Positions 52,533 through 64,000 of a stretch of DNA of 64,000 nt are shown one piece after another. The stretch spans positions 4,900,374-4,964,373 of the forward strand of contig CM119263.1 of NCBI GenBank assembly GCA_051294375.1. The letters are read 5' to 3'. A program made the position numbers and the translations under genes. This DNA comes from Paraspadella gotoi (lineage: Eukaryota; Animalia; Chaetognatha). The first letter of the stretch is position 1; every line of letters starts with the position of its first letter. Under the pieces are notes generated by a model that was not told where the DNA came from, did no database searches, and saw nothing but the letters and a program-made list of their open reading frames with translations.

Positions 52533-52841
52533 CCAGCACCTCTCCCTCTTTTCCCCCCTTCCGCTTCCCCAAGGGGATTTTCTTCGGTTAAGTCATCTGC
52601 TGAGATCACCAGTCAACTTCTTTCAACAAGTTGAGCTATGGCGTCGTCGTCGTCGTCGTCGTTGTCGTCGTTGTCAGCGTCATCGTAGACGTCGTCCTTT
52701 TGGTGTTGTTGTCGTCGTCGTCCTCGTCGTCGTCGTCCTCGTCGTCGTCGTCCTCGTCGTCGTCGTCTGCGACTATTTCTAATCTTGTTTCCCTTTGAGA
52801 TGGTCACTGAACCTTTCATTTTTCGTCGTAACCTCTCTCTC

Positions 52842-52971
<130 letters not shown>

Positions 52972-53496
52972 CTGCTCACAAAATGCCCATGATGGACTGA
53001 GATCCTCGTAAAATACAACGAATAAACGTGATAAACGCAAAGGAAAGCTGTAATGTTGATCGTGATGTTGATGACAATGTCGATGTTGATGATGATAGTG
53101 ATGTAGATGTTGATGATGATGGTGATGTAGATGTTGATGATGTTAGTAGAGCTTGATGGTGATGATAAACGTTTAGACGACATCAACGATGATAGAGAAA
53201 GCAAAAGTGATAATATTAGATGACAGCAAAATGATGTTTTTTCGTAAATTTTCGAGATGGCAATATGTCGAGATGGCAAATGATGGCATGGCGAAATGGC
53301 ACGTTTAAAAAGGTTTAAAAATTGGCAAGATGGCGGAGCGTCACCTGCGTTTAATGTCGAATGATGAGAATCTGCTCTTCCTCTTCTTCTCTTGTGTGTG
53401 TTTGAGTTTTCGTGTGTGTTGAGGTTTCGTACTCGTTTCTCGTAAAAATATAATGTTTTTATCTAAATCCGAGAGTTGATTATTGACAAGTGACTC

Positions 53497-53551
53497 CACT
53501 AGTCACCACTGGTCACCACTGGTCATAACTGGTCACCGCTGATCAACTGAT
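53497..53551 (+). repeat. 10-bp minisatellite (actggtcacc) x ~5, degenerate
   Basis: cactagtcaccactggtcaccactggtcataactggtcaccgctgatcaactgatc. Confidence 0.8.
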
Positions 53552-54029
53552 CTCGCTCTCAATCTTGTTTTGGTTTTGCGACGAAGAAAAAACTTATTCC
53601 TTTTTTTCTTGTAACTTAAGAGTTATATTTCTGTCTCGACTTTGGGTTAATTCGATTTTGTTGTAATCGATTTAATATAACAACATCGNNNNNNNNNNNN
53701 NNNNNNNNNNNNNNNNNNNNNNNNNNNNNNNNNNNNNNNNNNNNNNNNNNNNNNNNNNNNNNNNNNNNNNNNNNNNNNNNNNNNNNNNNNNNNNNNNNNN
53801 NNNNNNNNNNNNNNNNNNNNNNNNNNNNNNNNNNNNNNNNNNNNNNNNNNNNTCTTCTATGAAAATTTTTTTTAAACTTACCTTTTGTGATGACAGAAGA
53901 GAACAAAAAAGGGAAAAAGAAAAATAGGGGAAAGGTTAATTAAAAAAGTAATAATTTAATTTTTTCTTTTTAAAATAGTTTTTCTTTTCTTTTCTTTTAA
54001 ATCAGTATAATAATCTCTCTTTCACTCTA

Positions 54030-54350
54030 TCCCTATCTCTCCCTCCCTCTCTCTTTCTCTCTCCCTCCATCTCATTATCATATTTCCCTCCCTCTCTCTC
54101 TCCCTCTCTTCCCCCTCTGTCCCACCTCTCTCTATCTCCGTCTCTCCCTCCCTCTCTCTCTCTCTCTCCCTCCATCTCATTATCATATTTCCCTCCCTCC
54201 CTCTCTCCCTCCCACCTCCCTCCCTCTGTCTTTCTTTCTCTCCCTCCCTCCATTTCCCTCTCTCCCTCTCTCCCTCTTACTCATTCTCATCTCTCTCTCT
54301 CCCTCCCTTTCCCTCTCCCTCTCTCCCTCTCACTCATTCTCATATCTCTA
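54030..54350 (+). repeat. CT-rich tract containing a ~105-bp direct repeat
   Basis: ctccctccatctcattatcatatttccctccc occurs at ~54061 and ~54166. Confidence 0.75.
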
Positions 54351-54602
54351 TCTTCATTCCGACCGGAACGAGAGAATTTCCATCCGATATGAAAGTTTTC
54401 AAACCCGGATGTAATTAATTTTTATGTTTTCCACCGACGAAGCGACGACATCCGCGGAATTTTCAATCGCTCCTCTTTATATTTTTCTCTTTGGATTAGG
54501 ATGGCGACTTTAAGGGGCGACTTTTTTCATGGGTTTTCTTTTTTCCAGTAAACATTTAAAGAAGTTGTGAAATTCCCTCGTAAAATTGGTACAACCATTA
54601 CA

Positions 54603-55062
54603 AAAATTATCCAATCATTTAATAAATCTTGCCCCTGACTTTGGACGGGCTATGGCGGGTTATGGACGCCATGCCTCTTACAATTTAGTAAAATGGAAGG
54701 ACCATGCAAACTTTCAATCAAGACTAACAGATAGCTTATTTTGTGAATGGATGGATTTTTTTTATATTTGAATATTTTTATATTTTTATATTTTTATATT
54801 TTTATATTTTTATATTTTTATATTTTTATAAATTAGTTAAAAACAATATTGATTTCAGCTTAGTTCCAACATTATTCCAACATTATTAATTTCTATTTCG
54901 ACGTAAATGAAACTTCATTGGCTTTTACTAATAACCATGTTAATTTCCATATCTCCAGATCTTTTGCCATGTCCTAAGTCCAAAGTGTCATGTATTGTAT
55001 TGTTTTCCTTTTCTTCCTTTGGCACTCTCTCTCTATCATCGTCGTCCAAATTGATTTTAAGT

Positions 55063-55098
<36 letters not shown>

Positions 55099-57096
55099 NN
55101 NNNNNNNNNNNNNNNNNNNNNNNNNNNNNNNNNNNNNNNNNNNNNNNNNNNNNNNNNNNNNNNNNNNNNNNNNNNNNNNNNNNNNNNNNNNNNNNNNNNN
55201 NNNNNNNNNNNNNNNNNNNNNNNNNNNNNNNNNNNNNNNNNNNNNNNNNNNNNNNNNNNNNNNNNNNNNNNNNNNNNNNNNNNNNNNNNNNNNNNNNNNN
55301 NNNNNNNNNNNNNTCGCCACAGCCTAAGGCCAGAGTTTTAGTTAATGCAAGTTCGTCCGAAGTCCCTTCACTCGTCACTCATTTTCCTTTTCATCCTTTT
55401 TATCCTTTTTTTTCCCATTTTTTCTCCTTTTTACTTGCGCCGTGAGCAACTCTATGAGTCACTTTTCGGTCGGTCTGTCGGTCGGTCGGTCTGTCCCACT
55501 TAAAAATGCATATACTAATTTTCTTATAGTTGGTTGCTCATTTGTTCAAACAGAAAAAACCTCAAATCTTAGAAATTGCTCGCGCCGCCTTGAGGAATTC
55601 CTAAAACTATAAGGAATAAAAGACGGAATTTTGATGCAGTGCATGTCATAAATACACAGGCAAAGAAAGTTTTTTAATCATGTCAGGTCATATCATGTGA
55701 TCATGTAAAAATATAGTCACTGCGGAGCAACACATTGGAATTTTCGTTCTTTTTTTATTTATCTTCTATTTATAATTTTCCTTTTATTTTTCTTTTCTTT
55801 TCTTTTCTTTTCTTTTCTTTTCTTTTCTTTTCTTTTCTTTTCTTTTCTTTTCTTTTCTTTTCTTTTCTTTCTTTTAGTTTCTTTTTTAATCTTGTTCCTC
55901 TCAGTCTTTGCCTAATCTCTCCGACTTTTTATTTACCACAAAAACAACTTTAAAAAAGAAGCAACTCGTCTCCACATTTTTTTTCTTCTTTTTTCTTTAA
56001 TTTTTTTCTTTCCCCAGAGTTTTTAACCTCTGAGGTCAGTTTTTCTCCTTTGAAAAGAAAAAGTGGAAAGACTTTTGAAGAAGAAAATTTCTCATTTAAA
56101 AATAAATAGTTGAGTCAAAAGCGAAGAACTTTCGTTTCAAAACAGAGAGAATTTCGAGTTTGTAAGTAATTCGAATGCATTAAAAGTTTATTTCACTCGA
56201 ATCCAAATTCGTGACCTCGATTACATTTTTCTCTTTCATCATTCTCGCCTCTTTGTATTTCCCCCTTTCTCCCNNNNNNNNNNNNNNNNNNNNNNNNNNN
56301 NNNNNNNNNNNNNNNNNNNNNNNNNNNNNNNNNNNNNNNNNNNNNNNNNNNNNNNNNNNNNNNNNNNNNNNNNNNNNNNNNNNNNNNNNNNNNNNNNNNN
56401 NNNNNNNNNNNNNNNNNNNNNNNNNNNNNNNNNNNNNNNNNNNNNNNNNNNNNNNNNNNNNNNNNNNNNNNNNNNNNNNNNNNNNNNNNNNNNNNNNNNN
56501 NNNNNNNNTTAAACCCAAGGACCCTCACTCGTAGCCCGGTCACCTTAGTAAAGGTTCCGAGTTTCCTTCCCACACAGTCGTACCACACTCTGCACACTTA
56601 GAACTCTGCAACGTTCACTTCCCCAAATTCACAAAACACTCATCAATTCACAATGCATACTTCTAAGAAGCAACTGTGCTATTTGCACACCGGAGCACTT
56701 TTCTTTCTGGAGTTGGGAGCTTAGTTTCTACAGCCTAATTTAAAAATACTTATGCCTAATACAAAATTTAAATTAAAATTTATATTTTTTGTAATACCGT
56801 TTGCAAAACCGTTTCAAGAGGCTCAAATTATTTCAAAAAAGCAACTAACTTACCCTCTAAATAGTCCCCCACCCACGCGCTCTCCACCCTTCCCCTTACC
56901 GCCCTATCACCCCTTACCCTCCCCTCTACGAAAAAAAACGTTTCCCTTTTTTTTTCCACCGCCGCAGCGAGGAGAGGAAGCGCCGCTCTTTGGCTGAGAT
57001 AACAACGACAATCGAGAAAAAAGATAAATGATTCTTTTACTTCCTCCGCATAATAATTGGGCAGGATGGCGGCGGTGCGGCGGCGGGTGCGGCGGT
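54603..57096. repeat. Tandem duplicate pair C, gapped cleaner copy (empty HINE site at 55750-55756)
   Basis: Matches 57122-58613 plus 61248-63490; anchors cccctgactttggacggg, ttaaacccaaggaccctcactcgtagcc and gataacaacgacaat. Confidence 0.9.
55433..55752 (+). mobile_element. Second HINE/DINE-like family (~320 bp)
   Basis: T-run, then the palindromic 5' end ttgcgccgtgagcaac-tctat, a (GTCG)n/(GTCT) microsatellite, the 3' subTIR cggagcaac (inverted to gttgc(g)tccg in the 58221 copy) and a T-run end. Confidence 0.6.
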
Positions 57097-58220
57097 NNNN
57101 NNNNNNNNNNNNNNNNNNNNNAAATTATCCAATTATGTTTAATTAAATCTTGGCCCCTGACTTTGGACGGGGCTAGTGGCGGGTCTATGCCGGACGCCAT
57201 GGGCCTCTTACAATTTAGTAAAAATGGGAAGGACCCATGCAAACTTTCATCAAGACTAACAGATAGCTTATTTTTTGTGAATGGATGGATTTTTTTATTA
57301 TTTGAATATTCTTTATTATTTTTTTACTATTTTTTAGATATTATTTTTTATAGTTTTTGATATTTTTGATTATCTTTATATTTTTAATAAATTCAGTTAA
57401 AAAATATTTGATTTCAGCTTCCAGTTCCAACATTTATTCCAAACATTATTAATTTCTATTTTCGACGTAAATGAAACTTCATTGGCTTTTTTACTAATAA
57501 CCACTGTTTTGATTTTCCTATTATCTGATGGTTCGCTCGGCTTGGTTAATTATTGCCGCATGTCTCGTCTACGTGAGTATGGGGCAGAGTGAAGTCAAAG
57601 TGGGTCATGTATTGGGTTTATTTTGTTGTTTCCCCGCCCTTTTGCTTCCTTTGGCAACTCTCTTCTTCTATCATCTGTCGGTCCAAAATCTTGATTTCTT
57701 AAAGTCAATCTCTCTCCGTCTCGTGTGCTCCATCTGTCTTCTCTCTCGTGCTCGTATCCCGGCCTCTCTCTCTCTTCTCCTTCTGGAAACTTTAATCTTG
57801 CCCTTTCCACGTGCGGGTAAAACGGAGGGAGCAAGAGGCGAGGGACTGGCTTGGGCATAAGTTTGGTGCGCCGTCCCTCTCTCTCATCTTCTTCCTAGTC
57901 TCCTCTCGATCTCTGTCGTCGACTTCTCTCTCTCGTCACTTCGATTCATCTTTTCTGTCTCTCTTCATCGGGCTCTTTCTCGCTTCTGGGCTTCCTTCTC
58001 TCCGTTCCCTTCACTACGTGCCTCTTCACTCGCTCCAGAGCAGAGAGCCCTGGTTAAAGGCCAGATGTTTTAAGTTAATCGCACAGTTTGTTGCCGAAAC
58101 GTCCCTTCACTCAGTCTCACTCATTCTTTCCCTTTTCATAAAAATTCCTTTTTTATCCCTTTTTTTTTTTTTTTTTTTTTTCCCATTTTTTTTTTTTCGT
58201 TCACTTTTTTTCTCCTTTTT

Positions 58221-58610
58221 ACCGTTGCGTCCGTGAGCAACCTCCCTACTGCAGCTCACTTGTTTTCCGGTCGGTCTGTCGGGTCGGGGTCCGGGGTCTG
58301 TCCCACTTAAAAAAAAATGCATATAATAATTTTTCTTATAGTTGGTTGCTCAATGGTTTTGTTCAAAGAAACAGAAAAAACCTCAAATCTTTTTAGAAAT
58401 TGCCTTCGCGAAGCCGCCTTGAGGAAAATTTGCTAAAAACTAATTAAAAGGAATAAAAGACCGGAAGGGTTGAAAGGATGCAGTGGCATGTCATAAAATC
58501 ACAACCAGGCAATGAAAAGTTTTTTTTCAATCATGTAGGATCCATATCATGTGATTCATGTTAAAATATAGTCACTGCGGAGCAACAGCATTGGAATTTT
58601 CGGTTCTTTT
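58221..58610 (+). mobile_element. HINE family 2 copy (duplicate of 55433-55752)
   Basis: accgttgcgtccgtgagcaac...cggtcggtctgtcggg...tgcggagcaacagcattggaattttcggttctttt. Confidence 0.55.
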
Positions 58611-58613
58611 TTT

Positions 58614-59979
58614 AGGTCGGATCTGCTTATATTTCAGCAAGATCCCGATTCCTATAACTCACTCTTTTTTCGGATCCGTTCGTCCGCCCCCTCAATATTG
58701 TCGGGCACACACTTATTATCATGTCAGAAACAAGTTTCGAATTATGATAAATTTATGCAAAAAATGATGTCCCGTCTCGTTCCGTCTGTCTGTCCCGTGC
58801 CGTGGGACCCGTCCGTCCCGTCCGTTCCTGTGCCGTCTCCGCTGTTCCGTCCCACCTTAGCAAAAAAAACACCAATTAACTCGTGAATTTGGATGGATGG
58901 ATTTTTAAAAAATGAAATTTTTTTGTGTGAGGATTAGGTAAGTGTTGTGTGATTGAGCTGGATTTATGAAGTTTCGGAAATGGAATCGTCCGAAGGTGGA
59001 AATGAAGGGTTTTAAAAATGGAGGTAAAAAAAACATAAAAAAATATATTCATTCACTATTTTTTGAATACCAATTGCTCATCGGAGTGGATGGGGCTGAT
59101 TGACCTTGGAATTTTGTATGTGGGTAGGAAAAGTGTGGTGAGTTTGAAAACGGAAAATCAAGGTTTCGGATGGAATCAGGTTTGAGTTGGAAAATGAAGT
59201 TTAAAATGGAAAAAAAAAACAAAAAACCTGTTTTTATAACTAATTGATTATGCTTCTTTTTTCCTTTTAATATATTAGAATGTAATCTGCAAGAAAATGT
59301 ATTAATAAATCAAGATAATTAATCAGGTCTAATTAATCCAATTAGTAAATAAATTAATCAACAATTAATTAATTACGTTTGAAAAAAATTATGCAGTTGA
59401 AAAGTGATGCAAGTTAAAAAAAAATCTTAAAAAAGCATAAGGGATCGTCGGCTATTGCATAAAAAGAGAGAGAGAAGAGAGAGAGAGAAAGAGAGAGTGA
59501 GAGAGAGAGGAGAGTGAAGAGAAAAGAGAGAGAGTGAAGAGAAGAGAGAGAAGAGAAGGAAGACATTAAAATGAAAAAAAAAATTTCTTAAAAGATCAAG
59601 AATCGAGCCAGAGCCCAGCTAATCCATTAGAAAATTAAATGAAAAAAAAACCCGGGAAAAAAACGAAATGAATGCATGCGATAGAGCAGAAATTATTGAT
59701 GGTAATAGTAATTGATTGAGGTAATAACTAATTGTGATTGATTTGTAATAGTAATTTTATTTGGATGTAATAGGAATTGATTAATTGATTTTCGGATGAT
59801 AATCCACTTATTGATGCGATGATTAGTCATTCACCTGCTATAATGATAGTCCATTTCACTGCTATGATGATTGTCAATTTCATTGATTGCGGAATGATAT
59901 GTTCCATGTCATTGATCGATGATTAGTCAATAAAACAAACAAATGGCGTGTATGAGTGAAAGAGAGAGAGAGAGAGAAG

Positions 59980-60014
<35 letters not shown>

Positions 60015-61247
60015 AGAAGAAGAAAGAGAGAGAGAGAGAAAAGAGAGAGAGGAGAGAGAGAGGAGAAAGAAAAAAGAGAATAAAAATTTCCACGAAAATC
60101 TCGGATGAAAATATTGGGATTTTTTTGTATTGAAAAAAAAAAAAAAGCGCGGAATAAAATGGTGGCAATAATTAAAAAGTTTTTTAGAAGGAAAAAAAAT
60201 TAATCAGAATTTTTTTTTCCTTCCAAAAAAAAAAACAAACGTATCACGCAAGAGATTTTCGGGAAACAAAAGATAGGGAGGACAGACCAACACACCGAGA
60301 GAAGAGAGAGACAGAGAGAACAAAAAAATGAAAAAAGAGAGAGAGAGAGGAGAACACAAGCCCCGCTGCAGAGAAAAAGAGAAAAAGGAAAAGAGGCGAT
60401 GGTTAATAATATTAATTTGGCTAAAGAAAGAAGGAGAGAGAAGACAGGAGAGAAAGCTTTAACAACAGGCCCCCTTTAAAACCCTCGTTAAAAGAATCAG
60501 CCAGTAACGTTGATGGCGGGCGCGCCGCACGTAGCGTGAGCTTTCTCTACGCCCAAAGGAACCCGGGTTCAGCGCAAACGGTTTCGTTCGCAGCATCGTT
60601 TTTTAAACATTGAAGTGAACCCACATTTATCTAAAAATTTTTTTTTGTTTTTTTTTGTAAAAACAAAAGAAGAGAAGGAAGAGAAGAGAGAGAGAAAGAG
60701 AGAGATAGGAGAGAGACCAAATTCCAGTAAAAAGAGCGTGACGGGGAGAAAGAGGAGAGAGGAAGAGAGCGACATATATTAAACGGTTTTTGTTTTGTAA
60801 ATAAAACAAAACCAGAATTACGGAAATATTGATGATGAAACATGAGAATTTAAAAAAAGATCTTGATGATTAGAGAGCCAATATAATTTTGAAATTTCAA
60901 TAAACTCCCTATGTTGATATCACATTTTTCAGAAGCCGCATGATTGCAAAAAGAGCGAGACCGAAAAGCTAAAACCCGAATCAAAAATCTCTAGACAGGA
61001 CCAGGGCTTTGCCCGCCTGGCTCGATAATAGGGATATTTGTTTGGTTTGTGATTAAAATGTTAAACAAAAAAAACAATTTAAATAACTGTCCCTGATCAC
61101 ATTTTAAGGACATGCGATGATGACAATCTGAAAATATAAATTAATAATTAATTCTATTATTTAATTAATTTTAAATTCTCTTAATTAATTAATTAATTAA
61201 TTAATTATCGTAGGCAGATCGAACATTGTTTTGCATCAAAACTTGTT
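58614..61247 (+). mobile_element. HINE family 1, long 2.6-kb version at an independent locus
   Basis: gttcttttttt[aggtcggatctgctt...ggcagatcgaacattgttttgcatcaaaacttgtt]ttatttatcttctatt versus empty site gttctttttttatttatcttctatt at 55746-55770. Collinear with 25951-28759 except for a ~490-bp internal deletion. Confidence 0.88.
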
Positions 61248-63673
61248 TTATTTATCTTCTATTTAATAATTTTTCCTTTTTATTTTTCTTTTCTTTTCCT
61301 TTTCTTTCTTTTTTTTTCTTTTCTTTTCTTTTTTCTTTTTCTTTTCTTTTCCCTCTTTTTTCTTTTCTTTTCTTTTTTTTTTCTTTTTTTTCTTTTTTAG
61401 TTTCTTTTTTTAATCTTGGTTTTATCCCTCTCCAGTCTTTGCGCTAAATTCTCCTCCGACTTTTTTTATATATTTTTAAACCGCAAAAACGCAACTTTTT
61501 AAAAAAAAAAAAAAAAAAAAGAAAAGCAACCTTCGTTTTTTTTTTCTTCGCTCCTCCCCACATGTTGTTTTTCTTCTTTTTTTTTTACCACTTTTAAATT
61601 TTTTTTTTCTTTCCCTTTCCGGCCCCCCTTCAAGAGAGTTTTTTTAAAAGCCTCTGAGAGGGGTCCAGTTTTTTTTTTTTCCCTCTTCCCTCTGCTGTTG
61701 CATGAAAAAGAAAAAGTGGAAAGGACTTTTTTGAAGAAGATAATTTTTTTTTCTCATTTAAAAAAGAAAAAAAAAAATAAATAGTTGAGAGTCAAAACAA
61801 AGCGAAGAAAAACTTTCCGGTTTTTCAAAAAACCAAGAGAGAAAAATTTCCCGTAAGCGTTTTGTAAGTAATTAAATTTTCGAATGCAATTAAAAAAAGA
61901 AAAGGTTTATTATTTTCACAACATCGAATCAAAATTCGTTGGACCCGACCTCGATTAACAATTTTTTCTTCGTTTTTCCTTCATTCTTGCTCTCTTTTTG
62001 TAATTTTCCCCTCCCTTTCCTTCCCCCTTTCTTTTCTTCCCTTCTCTCCCCTCTCGACTTCCTCCCTTCTCCCCCTTCCCTCTTCTCCCACGTCTCATTC
62101 TTGATGTTCCTGCCTCCTCGCGATCCTCTCATTCTTATTTCCCCGACTGCAGCATTCTCCACCACCCCTCCATCTCTCACCGTAGGTCGTCATCTGTCGC
62201 TTCTTTTTCCCTCCTTGCCATCTCCAAATTCCCCTTTTTATAAATTTTTTTTTTTTAAATCCCGCTGCCTTTTTTTTTCTTTTTTTTTTTCTTCCTCTTT
62301 TTCCTTTTTTTTTTTTTTCTTTTTCCCCTTTTTTTCCTCACGCCCACAGAGCTTTCGAAATTATCCGCCCACCTTGCTCCTCCGCACCCTTCCTCCCCTC
62401 GGGGCCCAAAACCCTTTTTACTTGTTTCCTCCCCCCCAGCCGCCATACTCTGCACCTTTTCTCCCTTGGGATTCTCCTTTGCCAGTTCACATCCGCCTTG
62501 ACCCTGGACCCCATTGTCCTCTCGGCCTCAGCGTCGTTCTCCAAATCGCATGTGAGGTGTCGGTCTCTCGCGGTGTAATCCTTTCTCCCCCTCCGGGTTG
62601 CATTCTATCAGGGTTCTCCGCTCTTCCTCTCCTCTCTCTCTCTCCTCATCGTCTCCTCGCTCTGTTCCTCAATCGATCTAGCGCAATGTCTACGTCATGC
62701 TTCCTGTGTCTCGTCATTATTCGAGTCTCTCGTCTCTCGACTCACTCTCTCTGCTTCTCTTCTCTCTTCATCCCCGTCGAAACCCACTTAAACCCAAGGA
62801 CCCTCACTCGTAGCCGCATCGGTCACCTTAGTATTAAGGGTTCCGATTTCCTTCCCACACGTTAAGAACACCAGTCGGTACCCACTCCAGCAGCTTCTGC
62901 AGCACACTCTAGAACCTCTATCGTTGAGCTGGCGGCAACGTTGCACTTCCCCAAATTCACAGAAACAACTTACTCATGCAAGTATCCAACCAATGCAGAG
63001 ATAACATATTCTACTGAAAAGCCACTGTGCTATTTTTGCAACCGGAGCATCTTTTTTTTCTGGAGTTGGGAGCTTTAGTTTCTAAACGCCTAATTCAAAA
63101 TAACACTTATGCCTAATACAAATTAAATTAAAATTTTATTTTTGTATACCGTATTGCAAAAAACCGTTTCAAGAGAGGCTCAAATTATTCAAAAAAGCAA
63201 CTAACTTACCCTCCTAACTAGTCCCCACACCACACGCGCGTCTCACCACCCTTCCTACTCCGCCCTATCAACCGGAGAAGAGGAGAGCGGCTTAGCATCC
63301 TCCACCATGCTACGAAAAAAAAAAAACGTTCCCATTTTTTTTCCAAAACCGCCGCAGCGAGAGAGAAGGTAAGCGCACGCTCTTTGGGCGTGAGATAACA
63401 ACGACAATACGAGGAAAAAGATATAAATGATTTCTTTTACTTTTCCCTCCGCATAATAATTTGGGGCAGGATGGGCGGCGTGCGCGGCGTGGGCGGGTGG
63501 CGCCGCTGCGGGGCCCGGGCGTGGGCGGCTGGAATGCGGGCGAGCGGCAGCGAGCGCGGAGGGCGGGAGCCCCGTCGTTCCTTAGGAAAAGAGTTACAGC
63601 CGAGGATTACGCACGCTGGAGACGATTCGAGCTTTTTTTTTTAATTTAATTCATATTCGCTACGCGCGTGAGA

Positions 63674-63718
<45 letters not shown>

Positions 63719-64000
63719 AGGCAAGAGAGGAGAGAGATAGAGAGAGGAAAGAGAGAGGGAGAGGAGAGAGAGAGAGAGATTCGCTTGAGTCCCGCGTCAA
63801 AATATAAATTTTCCACGCGTTTTTTAATCTCTTCTCTGAAAAATTTTCTTTCACAACCGTTAATGTTCATTTTATTATTTCTTCTTTTTTTTTTTCCGCG
63901 ACGAATGATATTAAAAACTACTTTCGACCGAAATCGGTGAAGTGGCCGTGCGAAAAAAAAATTTTCCTTTAAGGGGCAAAAAAAAAAAAAACCAAAAGAA

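Larger units (their letters stand above)
57122..63490. repeat. Tandem duplicate pair C, noisy copy with HINE insertion
   Basis: Collinear with 54603-57096 with many 1-2 bp insertions; it also fills that copy's N-gaps. Confidence 0.9.

Noticed and set aside
52570-52642. tRNA-like gccatagctcaacttgttgaaag on the minus strand
   Set aside because: A-box-like start only; no B box or cloverleaf.
53327-53337. YY1-like caagatggcgg motif (also reverse at ~21345 and ~30506)
   Set aside because: A short motif with no linked gene or TSS evidence.
56544-56605. Minus-strand mini-exon SSKCAECGTTVWEG (CxxC)
   Set aside because: Only 62 bp, weak splice sites, and disrupted in the duplicate copy; could be chance.
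61939-62865. Longest ORF (308 aa)
   Set aside because: Low-complexity pyrimidine tract in the noisy copy, corresponding largely to an N-gap (56274-56508) in the clean copy; stop-poor by composition.

Overview
This is AT-rich eukaryotic (probably invertebrate) draft-assembly sequence, dominated by (GA/CT)n and other microsatellites, N-gaps and near-identical duplicated blocks. I can support no intact protein-coding gene, rRNA, tRNA or CRISPR array. Almost all ORFs in the track are microsatellite or N artefacts. The window consists largely of overlapping re-representations of the same loci: three copies in 1-31 kb and three further tandem pairs in 38-63.5 kb. These copies differ by indel-type noise and by the presence or absence of transposons, which gives paired empty and filled insertion sites. 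The sites define (i) a 3.04-kb non-autonomous DNA element with ~850-bp TIRs, CAC(GG)...GTG-type ends and a 4-bp TGGA TSD (Chapaev-like), nested in a ~630-bp foldback MITE, and (ii) a Helentron/DINE-1-like (HINE) family in 0.2-, 0.4- and 2.6-2.8-kb versions that inserts into T-runs without a TSD. A second HINE family is also present. A heavily degraded non-LTR retrotransposon (RT motifs on the minus strand, poly(A) at 33.5 kb) lies in the single-copy 33-38 kb region. All alignments and translations were done by eye. I see no firm evidence for a new biological system; the best candidates are the transposon architectures and a few structured GC-rich islands.
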